Notes under the pieces: generated by a model
What the model saw: only the letters and a program-made list of their open reading frames with translations
Databases searched by the model: none
Told to the model about the DNA's origin: nothing
Shown here: positions 1 to 8,789 of the stretch, in pieces
Layout: each line of letters opens with the position of its first letter
Position numbering within the stretch: the first letter of the stretch is position 1
Origin: Desulfuromonadales bacterium
GTDB taxonomy: Bacteria; Desulfobacterota; Desulfuromonadia; Desulfuromonadales; SZUA-540
DNA length: 64,000 bases
Assembly: GCA_033549025.1 (NCBI GenBank)
Contig: JAWSUS010000015.1
Span: 1-64,000 of the forward strand
Direction of reading: 5' to 3'
Position numbers and translations under genes: made by a program

Positions 1-101
1 CTTTTCTGGCATCACTATGCCTGAAGTAGGAAGGCTTATCCACTTATACCGCTGTTCAAATTTCTGGAGCCGGCTCTGATGGGCAAAAAAATGTTAAAAA
101 A

Positions 102-707
102 TCATTCAAACTCTTCAACTACTTTTTCTGCAAAAACAGGTATTTCACTATAAGCGAGCGACAATCCTCTTATTTTTTTTATAGCATCTTCTTTTTTATC
201 CTCTGAAACACCCAGCAAGACTAAAAGGCTTTCAATATACTCACCTTTTTCATAGTTTAATTCATCAATTATATTTTTATAACCAGCAACGATGAAATCC
301 TTTGTTTTTGATTTGCTAGAAATTTTGCCATCTACTGGCACTAGTGTTACATAGTATTGATCTGGACCATATTTATATATGGCCCCTGAAAGTGCATCGG
401 TAGTACTACCAATAAGACCCCCAGTCAGAATATTACCAAAAAACCAAGGTTCGACCGTTGTCGACAAGGGCATTGAAACAGTTTTATAACCAACGAGCTC
501 AAAAGATAATGTTTGATCCGCTTTCTTATCAATTGTAATTGTAATTGGAGTTTTGCCAAGTGGTCGACCATCTACCTTCACAGTAGCCCCTTCAGGTTCA
601 CTCTGAAAAGTCATTTGCTGATTTGTTCCTCCGACCAAAGTGGCACACCCATATAGTGCAACTATAATCAGAATAAGAAAAAGTATGATTTTGCAGTGAG
701 ATTTCAT
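102..707 (-). CDS. PEGA-domain lipoprotein (AT-rich, probably horizontally acquired)
   Basis: Lipobox-like signal (ALYGC), PEGA-like segment SEPEGATVKVDGRPLGKTP, gaggag RBS on minus strand; far more AT-rich than the rest of the window. Confidence 0.8.
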   Translation of the reverse strand: MKSHCKIILFLILIIVALYGCATLVGGTNQQMTFQSEPEGATVKVDGRPLGKTPITITIDKKADQTLSFELVGYKTVSMPLSTTVEPWFFGNILTGGLIGSTTDALSGAIYKYGPDQYYVTLVPVDGKISSKSKTKDFIVAGYKNIIDELNYEKGEYIESLLVLLGVSEDKKEDAIKKIRGLSLAYSEIPVFAEKVVEEFE

Positions 708-1040
708 ATTTTTGCTCCTCTTGAAATTAAATTATAATTTTGGCTGGTGACATGTCATTCACGAAAGATACCGTTATCTTTCTCACAAAACTAAAAGATA
801 CTAACCGATACAAAGGCTTTCCGAAATCAGGAAATTCCTGAGTTGCATTATGCAACATCCGGAAACTGGCCAAATTAAGCACGATGTATCTTCCTGCTTA
901 CCTAGTCTTTTGGCCTACCAGAGCACACATCGCCGTTGGTAGCCTGCCATATTAAAATACCTGACCGTTCCCTACCCAGCGGCCAAAGCGTTACAATTAA
1001 AATGAGTAGAACATCGCACCTTTTGCAGAAAGGCTTTCTC

Positions 1041-2522
1041 ATGCCCCTCGACACTAGCACCTCAACACCCATGGGCTGGAAGTTCGATAACAGCTACGCC
1101 TCGCTGCCCGAACTTTTTTTCCGGCAGCAGGCGCCGGTGCCGGTTCGGGAGCCGAAACTGGTGATTTTCAATCGACCGCTGGCCACGGAACTTGGCTTGG
1201 ACCCTGAACGGCTGCAAAGCGACGAGGGGGTGTCTATTCTGGCCGGCAATGCACTGCCTGAAGGGGCGCAGCCCCTGGCTCAGGCCTATGCAGGGCACCA
1301 GTTCGGCCACTTCACCACCTTGGGCGACGGCCGCGCCATTTTGCTGGGGGAGCAGATCACGCCAACCGGCGAGCGGCGGGATATTCAACTTAAGGGTTCG
1401 GGCCGTACGCCCTTTTCCCGTCAGGGAGACGGACGGGCGGCACTGGGACCGATGCTGCGGGAGTACGTCATCAGCGAAGCCATGTACGCCCTCGGCATTC
1501 CCACCACCCGCAGTCTGGCGGTGGTGGCCAGCGGCGAACCGGTGCGTCGCGAGACGCTGCTGCCGGGTGCTGTTCTCACCCGGGTGGCCGCCAGTCACCT
1601 GCGTGTGGGCACCTTTGAGTATGCGGCCTGGCAAGGGACGCCCGAGCAGGTGAAGATGCTGGCCGACTACAGCATCCGCCGCCACTACCCCGAGGTGGCG
1701 CAGCAGGAGAACCCCTACCTCGCCTTCTTCGAGGCCGTCATGGACCGGCAGGCCGCCCTGATTGTCCAATGGCTGCTGGTCGGCTTTATACACGGGGTGA
1801 TGAACACGGACAACATGGCGATTTCGGGCGAAACCATCGATTATGGCCCCTGCGCGTTTATGGATATCTACAACCCGGCCACCGTCTTCAGCTCCATTGA
1901 TCATCACGGTCGCTACGCCTTTGCCAACCAGGCCCACATCGCCCAGTGGAACCTCGCGCGATTCGCCGAAACCCTGCTGCCGCTCTTCGCCAACGGGCAG
2001 GATAAAGCCATCGAGCTAGCCCACACGGCGCTAAAGGCTTTTGAGGACAGGTTTCAGGCCTATTGGCTGAAGGGGATGCGGGCCAAGCTGGGACTGGCGG
2101 ATGCGCAGGAAGGGGATGCGGGACTGATCGAGGAGCTCCTGAAAATCATGCAGCGACTGGGGGCCGATTACACCACCAGTTTTCGTGACCTCGCCCGCGA
2201 GGCCTTGCCGGATACGGCGCTCTTTCAGGACGGGGAGTTTCAAGACTGGCAGCAGCGCTGGCGGGCCCGGGTGGTGCAGCAGGGCAAACCATTGGCGGAA
2301 GCCAGGTCGAGCATGGATGCCCACAACCCGGCCGTGATCCCGCGCAACCATCGCGTCGAAGAGGCACTTGCCGCTGCCGTTGAGGAGGAGGATATCCAGC
2401 CGCTGGAAAAACTGCTGGGGGTGCTGGCAACGCCCTATGCGGAGCCGGCTGAATCGGACCAGGTCTATCGGCAGCCGCCGGAGCCGAGCAACCGGGTTTA
2501 TCAGACGTTCTGCGGCACCTGA
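1041..2522 (+). CDS. selO: Protein adenylyltransferase SelO (YdiU family)
   Basis: Motifs [36 protein letters not shown] and C-terminal TFCGT; start moved to ATG 1041 after gaaagg. Confidence 0.93.
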   Translation: MPLDTSTSTPMGWKFDNSYASLPELFFRQQAPVPVREPKLVIFNRPLATELGLDPERLQSDEGVSILAGNALPEGAQPLAQAYAGHQFGHFTTLGDGRAILLGEQITPTGERRDIQLKGSGRTPFSRQGDGRAALGPMLREYVISEAMYALGIPTTRSLAVVASGEPVRRETLLPGAVLTRVAASHLRVGTFEYAAWQGTPEQVKMLADYSIRRHYPEVAQQENPYLAFFEAVMDRQAALIVQWLLVGFIHGVMNTDNMAISGETIDYGPCAFMDIYNPATVFSSIDHHGRYAFANQAHIAQWNLARFAETLLPLFANGQDKAIELAHTALKAFEDRFQAYWLKGMRAKLGLADAQEGDAGLIEELLKIMQRLGADYTTSFRDLAREALPDTALFQDGEFQDWQQRWRARVVQQGKPLAEARSSMDAHNPAVIPRNHRVEEALAAAVEEEDIQPLEKLLGVLATPYAEPAESDQVYRQPPEPSNRVYQTFCGT

Positions 2523-2556
2523 TCAAAGCTAAAAAGGAAGCCGCCGTCACCCAGCC

Positions 2557-3414
2557 TTACCCCTTATCCATCTTCAGGCTCGACTCAAAGGCTCTGGACA
2601 CGAGAGGCATGGCCGCAAAAGGGGGCAGGCCGAGCGCGGCGACGGCTTTTTGGCAGAGCTCCATACCGTTTTGCCCCTCTACCCCCTGGCTGCTGTTGAT
2701 TACGGCGACATGAATGCGGTCGAGATAAGACAGGCTCTCTTCCATCCGCTGGCGAATCTGTTGGCGCCCCTGCATGGGGGGTTCCCAGGAGGAAAACAGG
2801 CAGTCGAGATTTTGAATTTTCTGCAGCCTTTTGATCGAGGCAAGGCATTGCGAAATATCTTCGTAAATGGGCAGATCGCCAGGGAGAATCAGCGTATCCC
2901 CGGTGAAGAGGGCGCTTTCCTCTTCAAACAGCAATGAAATGGAGCCCCGGCTGTGCCCGGGGGTATGAATAATCTGGCAGCGGAGATCTTTTTCCAGTTC
3001 CAGCAGCTCGCCGTCCTCCACCAACACATCCACCTCGACCGCCCCTTCGACCAGGGCATGAAAGCCGGGTACGGGTCTGTCCTGGTATTGTTTTTCCGTA
3101 TCTTCAATCCAGTCCTGTTCGCCTTTGTGGGCAAAAACCGTACAGCCTGTCTGCGCCTTAATGCTTTTGGCGGCGCCGAGGTGGTCTGGATGGGAATGGG
3201 TGAGAATTAGTGTGGAAACTTCCTGCGGATCACGACCCTGCTGTTTTATATAGTCCCAAATCGCCCCTGCGGCGCCTGCCACGCCGCTGTCAATGAGGTG
3301 GATGCTGTCGCCAAAGAGCAGATAGACAAAAGCAAAGCGGTCAAGTGATTTCTCGGCGGAAAGAGGTAACTTAAAGGGGATTTTCAGCGCGTGGATCTGG
3401 GGTGTGATCTGCAT
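2557..3414 (-). CDS. MBL-fold metallo-hydrolase
   Basis: THSHPDH (HxHxDH), TPGHS and FTGD motifs. Confidence 0.9.
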   Translation of the reverse strand: MQITPQIHALKIPFKLPLSAEKSLDRFAFVYLLFGDSIHLIDSGVAGAAGAIWDYIKQQGRDPQEVSTLILTHSHPDHLGAAKSIKAQTGCTVFAHKGEQDWIEDTEKQYQDRPVPGFHALVEGAVEVDVLVEDGELLELEKDLRCQIIHTPGHSRGSISLLFEEESALFTGDTLILPGDLPIYEDISQCLASIKRLQKIQNLDCLFSSWEPPMQGRQQIRQRMEESLSYLDRIHVAVINSSQGVEGQNGMELCQKAVAALGLPPFAAMPLVSRAFESSLKMDKG

Positions 3415-3716
3415 GGGGTTTCCTCTCCGTTGGACGGGTACCGACGCGGCGCGGCTGCCTAAGACGCCACCATCCTACCTTATTTGAAAATCAACCGACA
3501 TCAGGAAATGGGCGTAGCGCTCCTACCTCAACCCGCAGCTTGCTTCTCCGAGGGCTTTCTGCTAGGGTGGCTCCACTATGAGGCGCTATTTCCCGGTAAA
3601 ACTCAATCGGATTGTTGTGAATACACCCTTGGTGCGCCAGCGGCCGGCAGCGGGCACCTGGGGACGTCATGGCGGATTCTGACCCGAATCCACCCCGTTT
3701 CCAATCCCGTTTTGCC

Positions 3717-3748
3717 AGGCCACAGACTCTCCCGTCTGTGGCCTTTTT
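3717..3748 (+). terminator. Intrinsic terminator inside the 5' leader of the DUF2179-rnk operon (attenuator candidate)
   Basis: 11-bp stem aggccacagac/gtctgtggcct with a 6-nt loop and T-tract, 78 nt before the first start codon. Confidence 0.65.
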
Positions 3749-3825
3749 GCATTTGGGGCCTGCATGCAGAGTAATGTCCGTGACCGACCCGACAAGTGGT
3801 CACCTTTTTATTAAAGGAGTTTTCG

Positions 3826-4422
3826 ATGCTTACGGAACTTGGCAGTCAATCAGACGTGTTTGCTGTGTGGGCGGTGCCCCTGCTGGTCTTTCTGGCCCGC
3901 ATTCTCGATGTCAGCCTGGGCACGCTGCGGATCTCCATGGTCTATCGGGGGCTCAAGCATCTGGCGGCGCCGCTCGGTTTTCTGGAAGCGCTGGTGTGGA
4001 TTCTGGCCATCTCCCAGGTCATGCAGCACATCGAAAACTGGGCCACCTACCTGGCCTTTGCTCTCGGCTTTGGCGCCGGCAACTTCGTCGGTCTGCTCAT
4101 CGAGGAGCGCCTGGCCTTCGGCAACCTGATCATCCGGGTCATCACCCCCGACGAGGATCCCCGGTTAAGCGCCGCCCTCTGGGACGCAGGTTTCGGGGTG
4201 ACCAATGTCAATGCCCGGGGTGAGTCGGGGCCGGTCAAAATCATCTTCACGGTGGTGCGACGACGCGAGCTGCAGAAGGCGCTGCGTCTGATCAAAACCT
4301 TTAACGAGAACGCTTTTTACACCATAGAGGACGTGCGCTTTTTCAACGAGACCTACGCACCCTTGCCCAAGGGAAAAATTCCCAAACGATTTTTCCGTCT
4401 GCGGGCCCTCAAATCCCGCTGA
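3826..4422 (+). CDS. DUF2179/DUF5698 (YebE/UPF0316-like) membrane protein
   Basis: ARILDVSLGTLR, GFLEALVW, GFGAGNFVG and GFGVT motifs; aaggag RBS before ATG 3826. Confidence 0.85.
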   Translation: MLTELGSQSDVFAVWAVPLLVFLARILDVSLGTLRISMVYRGLKHLAAPLGFLEALVWILAISQVMQHIENWATYLAFALGFGAGNFVGLLIEERLAFGNLIIRVITPDEDPRLSAALWDAGFGVTNVNARGESGPVKIIFTVVRRRELQKALRLIKTFNENAFYTIEDVRFFNETYAPLPKGKIPKRFFRLRALKSR

Positions 4423-4458
4423 CCCTGGCCCCGTGCCATTACGAAAGGAGTCATCCCC

Positions 4459-4875
4459 ATGAATCAGCAAACACTTACCTTCACGGAACACGACGTGGAG
4501 CGCCTTGAAATCATTCTTGAAGGCGCACAGCGCTCGGCCTCTCTCAAAAAAAGTCACCTGGAAGCGCTGGCCGATGAGCTGGAAAAAGGAGACATCGTCT
4601 CGTCACGGGAGATTGGAGCGGACGTCGTCACCCTGAACTCGCGGGTCAGGCTGCGCGACCTGGACAACGACAAGGAGATGGAAGTCACCCTGGTACTGCC
4701 GATGGGGTCCAATTTTTCCGAGGGGCGCCTGTCGGTGACCTCGCCTTTGGGCATCGCTCTGCTCGGCTATACGGCAGGATCCGTGATTGAGTGGCAGGGG
4801 CAGGCGGGCTACAGAAAGGCCCGGATTGAGGCGGTTCTTTACCAACCGGAGGCGGCCGGTCATTACCATCTATAG
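4459..4875 (+). CDS. rnk: Nucleoside diphosphate kinase regulator Rnk (GreA/GreB family)
   Basis: Short N-terminal coiled coil, DVVTLNSRV, LSVTSPLGIALLG, YQPEAAG; 138 aa. Confidence 0.9.
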   Translation: MNQQTLTFTEHDVERLEIILEGAQRSASLKKSHLEALADELEKGDIVSSREIGADVVTLNSRVRLRDLDNDKEMEVTLVLPMGSNFSEGRLSVTSPLGIALLGYTAGSVIEWQGQAGYRKARIEAVLYQPEAAGHYHL

Positions 4876-4893
4876 AGGAGGCATTAAGACCCG

Positions 4894-4933
4894 AGGGCCG
4901 GTCATTCGCGCCTGGCGATACCGGCCCTTTTTT
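4894..4933 (+). terminator. Intrinsic terminator after rnk
   Basis: agggccggt/accggccct stem followed by T-tract. Confidence 0.7.
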
Positions 4934-4937
4934 GTGG

Positions 4938-5720
4938 CTACAGGAAGAGTTCGGGCTCGCGGCGTTCGCTGAAATTGGTCACCAGCAGCTGCCGTCTTGC
5001 CTCGATCATGGGATGATTGAAGAACCGCGCCTGCACAGGACACACCTTGACGCAGGCGCAGCACATGACGCAGTTTTCGGCCGCGGTCGTCACCTCATCC
5101 TCCACCCGGATGACAAAGGTCGGGCAGACCTTGGCGCAGGCCCCGCACAGGGTGCACAGGGCCTTATCGGTGGCGGGGGCGATGCCGCCCAAGGGCACTC
5201 TTTCCTTGTAGGGGGTATCGCCCGGAATTTGGAGGGTTGCCGCCAAGGAGCCCCTCTGCGGTTTTTCGGCGATCTGGGCACCGAATTCACGGGCCTTTTG
5301 CCGATCCTGCACATCGGGACGGCCGGGAGCGATGGGCTGGTTCGGGGTGGAATAGGAATGCTCGCCGACGAAGGCGCCGGCGGCGAGCACCGAGAATCCC
5401 TTGGCGACAGCAACATCCCGCAGCTCGACCAGCGCATCCTCAAAGGCCCGGTTGCCGTAAAGGGCCACCAGCACGACCGGCACACCCGTGGCCGACAATC
5501 CCTCCATCCTTTTCAGACAGACTTCCGGCACCCGTCCGGCGTAGACCGGCACGCCGATGATGGCCAGACCGTCGGTGAGCTGAAGGTCGGGTCCTTCTTC
5601 CAGACGGGTCAGGTCGTAATGCCTGACCGCACGGGCCGGGATGCCGGCGGCGATCTCCTCGACAATGTTCCGGGTGGTATTGGTCGGTGAAAAATAGATT
5701 AGGTGGACGGTGGTCAGCAT
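4938..5720 (-). CDS. EFR1-family ferrodoxin (flavodoxin-like domain plus 2x[4Fe-4S])
   Basis: YFSPTNTT, PVYAGRVP, YGNRAFEDAL, and CxxCxxCxxxCP twice. Confidence 0.88.
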   Translation of the reverse strand: MLTTVHLIYFSPTNTTRNIVEEIAAGIPARAVRHYDLTRLEEGPDLQLTDGLAIIGVPVYAGRVPEVCLKRMEGLSATGVPVVLVALYGNRAFEDALVELRDVAVAKGFSVLAAGAFVGEHSYSTPNQPIAPGRPDVQDRQKAREFGAQIAEKPQRGSLAATLQIPGDTPYKERVPLGGIAPATDKALCTLCGACAKVCPTFVIRVEDEVTTAAENCVMCCACVKVCPVQARFFNHPMIEARRQLLVTNFSERREPELFL

Positions 5721-5737
5721 GGCGGCTCCCGGTCGGC

Positions 5738-6808
5738 TCAACTGGTGAACATAAGCTTGCGCTCCAGGTCCATGGAGCGGGTGATGCGCTTGGCTTCATC
5801 GACGGCGATGATCTTCTGCTGGCAGAGCTGGATGAGGTGCTGGTCCAGCGTCTGCATGCCGTACTGGGCGACGCCGTTTTCGATGTGCTTTTCGATCTCG
5901 TCGAGGCGGCCGTCGCGGATGCAGGCCTGGATGGTGGTGGTGGAGCGCATCACTTCGACGACGGGGATGATGTTCTCACCGCTCTTGTCCTTGACCAGGC
6001 GCAGGGAAACGATGGCCACCAGGATGTCGGCCAGACGCTGGCGCATGACTTCCTGCACCTCGGGAGGGAAGTTGCCGATGAGTCGGTTGATGGTGGAGGA
6101 GGCGCTCTGGGTATGCAGGGTGGAGAAGACCAGGTGCCCGGTTTCGGCGGCCTTGATGCAGGCGTCGATGGTCTCCGGGTCGCGCATCTCGCCGACCATG
6201 ATGACGTCGGGGTCCATGCGCAGCGCCGCTTTCAGCGCCGCTCCGAACCCCTCGGTGTCGATCCCCACCTCACGCTGGATGATGCAGCTTTTGCTGGAGG
6301 TGAAGAGAAACTCGATGGGGTCTTCGATGGTGATGATGTTGTAGCTGTAGTGCTCGTTGAGGTAGCGCAGCATGGAGGCCAGCGTCGTCGACTTGCCGTT
6401 GCCCGTGGGGCCGGTGACCAGAATGAGACCGTTGGGCGCCTTGACGATCTCGGAGAGAACCGTCGGCAGGTTGAGCTCCTGAAAAGAGCCGATTTGCGGG
6501 GGGATGACGCGCATGACGATGCCGACCACCCCTTTCTGCCGGAAGATGCTAACGCGAAAGCGCCCGCCATTGGGCAGGGAATAGGAGGCGTCCTGCTCGC
6601 GCAGATTGGGGTCGAGCTGGCGTTTATTGGCTTCCAGGATAGTTTTGGCGATGAATTCGGTGTCTTCAGGCTTGAGCTTGGGCAGCTTGGAGCGGATCAG
6701 CTGGCCACGCCCCCGGAAGAAGGGCGCGTTGTCCACCTCAAAGTGAACGTCCGACACCCTCTTTTCGAAAGCGATCTCCAGAATCTGGTTCAGAACTTTG
6801 GCGTCCAT
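5738..6808 (-). CDS. pilT: PilT/PilU-family type IV pilus retraction ATPase (paralog)
   Basis: SDVHF, Walker A GPTGNGKS, TIEDPIE, ALRMDPDVIMVGEMRD, His box TGHLVFSTLH, GMQT; AIRNLIRE motif replaced by TIQACIRD. Confidence 0.9.
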   Translation of the reverse strand: MDAKVLNQILEIAFEKRVSDVHFEVDNAPFFRGRGQLIRSKLPKLKPEDTEFIAKTILEANKRQLDPNLREQDASYSLPNGGRFRVSIFRQKGVVGIVMRVIPPQIGSFQELNLPTVLSEIVKAPNGLILVTGPTGNGKSTTLASMLRYLNEHYSYNIITIEDPIEFLFTSSKSCIIQREVGIDTEGFGAALKAALRMDPDVIMVGEMRDPETIDACIKAAETGHLVFSTLHTQSASSTINRLIGNFPPEVQEVMRQRLADILVAIVSLRLVKDKSGENIIPVVEVMRSTTTIQACIRDGRLDEIEKHIENGVAQYGMQTLDQHLIQLCQQKIIAVDEAKRITRSMDLERKLMFTS

Positions 6809-6854
6809 GCACGTATCCTCTTAAAAAGATGTAAAACTTGGCCGAGAATATCAC

Positions 6855-8612
6855 CTACCGCGGGGTTTTTTCCAGTTTTTTACGGTACAGGGCGTTTTCC
6901 GCCACCAGGGCGGCCTGTGCCGCCAGACGCTCCAGTTGATCCATGGGCACCGAGTTCGCCTCGGCATCGCCAAAATCGGCGTAGATGACGGCCAGCGTCC
7001 GACCGCGCACATGTAGGGGAAAGAGGAGTGCCTTGGGAGTGGCCGCCGCCCCCAGGGCTTCAAAAAGCGGGGTACTGAGACCGCCGTCATAGAGCAGCCC
7101 GAAGAACGGGCGCCGTTCTTCCGTCACCTTGCGCAGAAGGCTGGAAGCTTCGAGGGGAATGCGCAGGGAGGGCACGGGTCCGGCTTCACGGTCGCTCCCG
7201 CCGAAGCCGATCCCTTTTTCCGCCACGAACTCCTCCTGGCGGGCCGCCAGGGTCAGCACCCGGGGAAAAATTCCGGCCAGAATCTTGAGCAGGGACTGGT
7301 GAACGGCCGGAATGGAGGGACAGTCGATAAGATCGAGCACCCCTCGGGCCAGCACATCTTCGGCCCCGGCATCTTTCTGTTCGAAAAAGGTGTGCAGATA
7401 GAGGCGCAAGGTCTCGATAAAGGCCAAAAGTTCCATGGCGGAGGCCTCCTGTCGCCCATCGGCGAAGGGCCGCGGAAAGACCGCGCGAGCCCCCTCCCGG
7501 TAGGACTGCAGGATAAAATCACGCTCAAGGGAAAGGGCCAGCTGCAGCGTCTCCAGATGAGGATATTTCATCCTCTTTTCACGGCGCAGACGGTGAATCT
7601 TGTCGGCGGAATAGCCGACCCGGGCTTTTTGGGGGCAATCCATGACCAGCAGCGGCCGAATGCCCTTGTGCAGGGACTGGTCGATAATGAGGTCGAGATC
7701 CTGATCGTCGTTGGTGGAAAAAATCAGCGAGCCATCACTTTTGCCGAGGGTGGTGAGCAGATAGGTGAGAAACTCGTCGGAGCTGAAAATAATCACGGCC
7801 CGCGTGCCTTTTTCAGAGCCCGAAGCTTCCTTGGCTCGATCGGCAGCGTCGCCGAGATAGGCGAGAACCCTTTCCTTTTCCGAGTCGGGCCAGGCCGGCG
7901 CCAGGGCCGCGATGCGCGACCGATGGATGGCGACGGGGTCTTTTTCTTCGAGCACCGAAAAAACGCCGGGGATACGCGCTTCCAGCTTGTCCAGATCGGC
8001 GAGGCCCAGATCGTCTTCGGAAATGCTCCAGCCGCTCTCTTCTTCCTCCCTCTCCTCGGCCGCCGGCTGTTCGTCTTCCTCGTTCAATTCGCCGTCGCGT
8101 TTCTTTTCATCGTAGATGCGCAGGGCGTCCATGAGCACGTTCTGGCTGTTGAGCAGAAATTCTTCATTGAGCTTCTCGGGGAAATACCGGTATTCGTCGG
8201 CAATGACCACATTCTCCACGTCGAGGGAGAAGGTGCCGGCTTTCCAGGTCAGTATTTCGACGATGGTCATTTCGATGAGCAGCTGCAGCCCTTTGAAGGC
8301 TGCGTCCTTGTTGATGATCCCCCGGGACATGAGGGTGGCGATGAGGGGCTTACGGTTTTCGCCGGCCTGATTCTGTTCCTCCAGCGCGGCCGCCAGATCC
8401 TCTTCGCCGATGGCCTTCATCTCCAGCAAAATCTGCCCGATGCGCCCCCGGCTTTGCAGGTTGCTGGCGCTGCCGATAAAGCCATCCTTGAAGACCAGCT
8501 GGCAGGTTCCCCGGCGGCTTTGCACCGTCAGGGTTCCCGACTTGCGGGCCGCGTGGATGAGCTGGACAATATCGACGATCGGCAGGTGTTCCAGGTCTCC
8601 GGTAAAGGACAT
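6855..8612 (-). CDS. DUF4388 (PATAN) + MshEN-like + degenerate receiver + GAF-like signalling protein
   Basis: N-terminal FTGDLEHLPIVDIVQL..RKSGTL, RIGQILL..LAAALEEQ, WKAGTF; C-terminal LFPLHVRGRTLAVIYAD; start ATG 8612 with gagagg RBS. Confidence 0.8.
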   Translation of the reverse strand: MSFTGDLEHLPIVDIVQLIHAARKSGTLTVQSRRGTCQLVFKDGFIGSASNLQSRGRIGQILLEMKAIGEEDLAAALEEQNQAGENRKPLIATLMSRGIINKDAAFKGLQLLIEMTIVEILTWKAGTFSLDVENVVIADEYRYFPEKLNEEFLLNSQNVLMDALRIYDEKKRDGELNEEDEQPAAEEREEEESGWSISEDDLGLADLDKLEARIPGVFSVLEEKDPVAIHRSRIAALAPAWPDSEKERVLAYLGDAADRAKEASGSEKGTRAVIIFSSDEFLTYLLTTLGKSDGSLIFSTNDDQDLDLIIDQSLHKGIRPLLVMDCPQKARVGYSADKIHRLRREKRMKYPHLETLQLALSLERDFILQSYREGARAVFPRPFADGRQEASAMELLAFIETLRLYLHTFFEQKDAGAEDVLARGVLDLIDCPSIPAVHQSLLKILAGIFPRVLTLAARQEEFVAEKGIGFGGSDREAGPVPSLRIPLEASSLLRKVTEERRPFFGLLYDGGLSTPLFEALGAAATPKALLFPLHVRGRTLAVIYADFGDAEANSVPMDQLERLAAQAALVAENALYRKKLEKTPR

Positions 8613-8789
8613 GACGTAACCTCTCTGGGAAGAATGGGATGGGAAAATCCCGGTGCGAGCCATAATTAAACCCAAAAAACGGGCAGGATTCAAGGCCGCT
8701 GTCGATCTGCGGCCGCACAAAAGATTCTTGTGCAAAACCCGGCTCTCACGGTAGAGTACCGAAAAAGACAGGGAAAGGGTCAACAAACC

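Noticed and set aside
2505..2560. Selenocysteine readthrough at the selO TGA
   Set aside because: The C-terminus already has Cys (FCGT), the normal bacterial ending, and no SECIS-like hairpin is evident.
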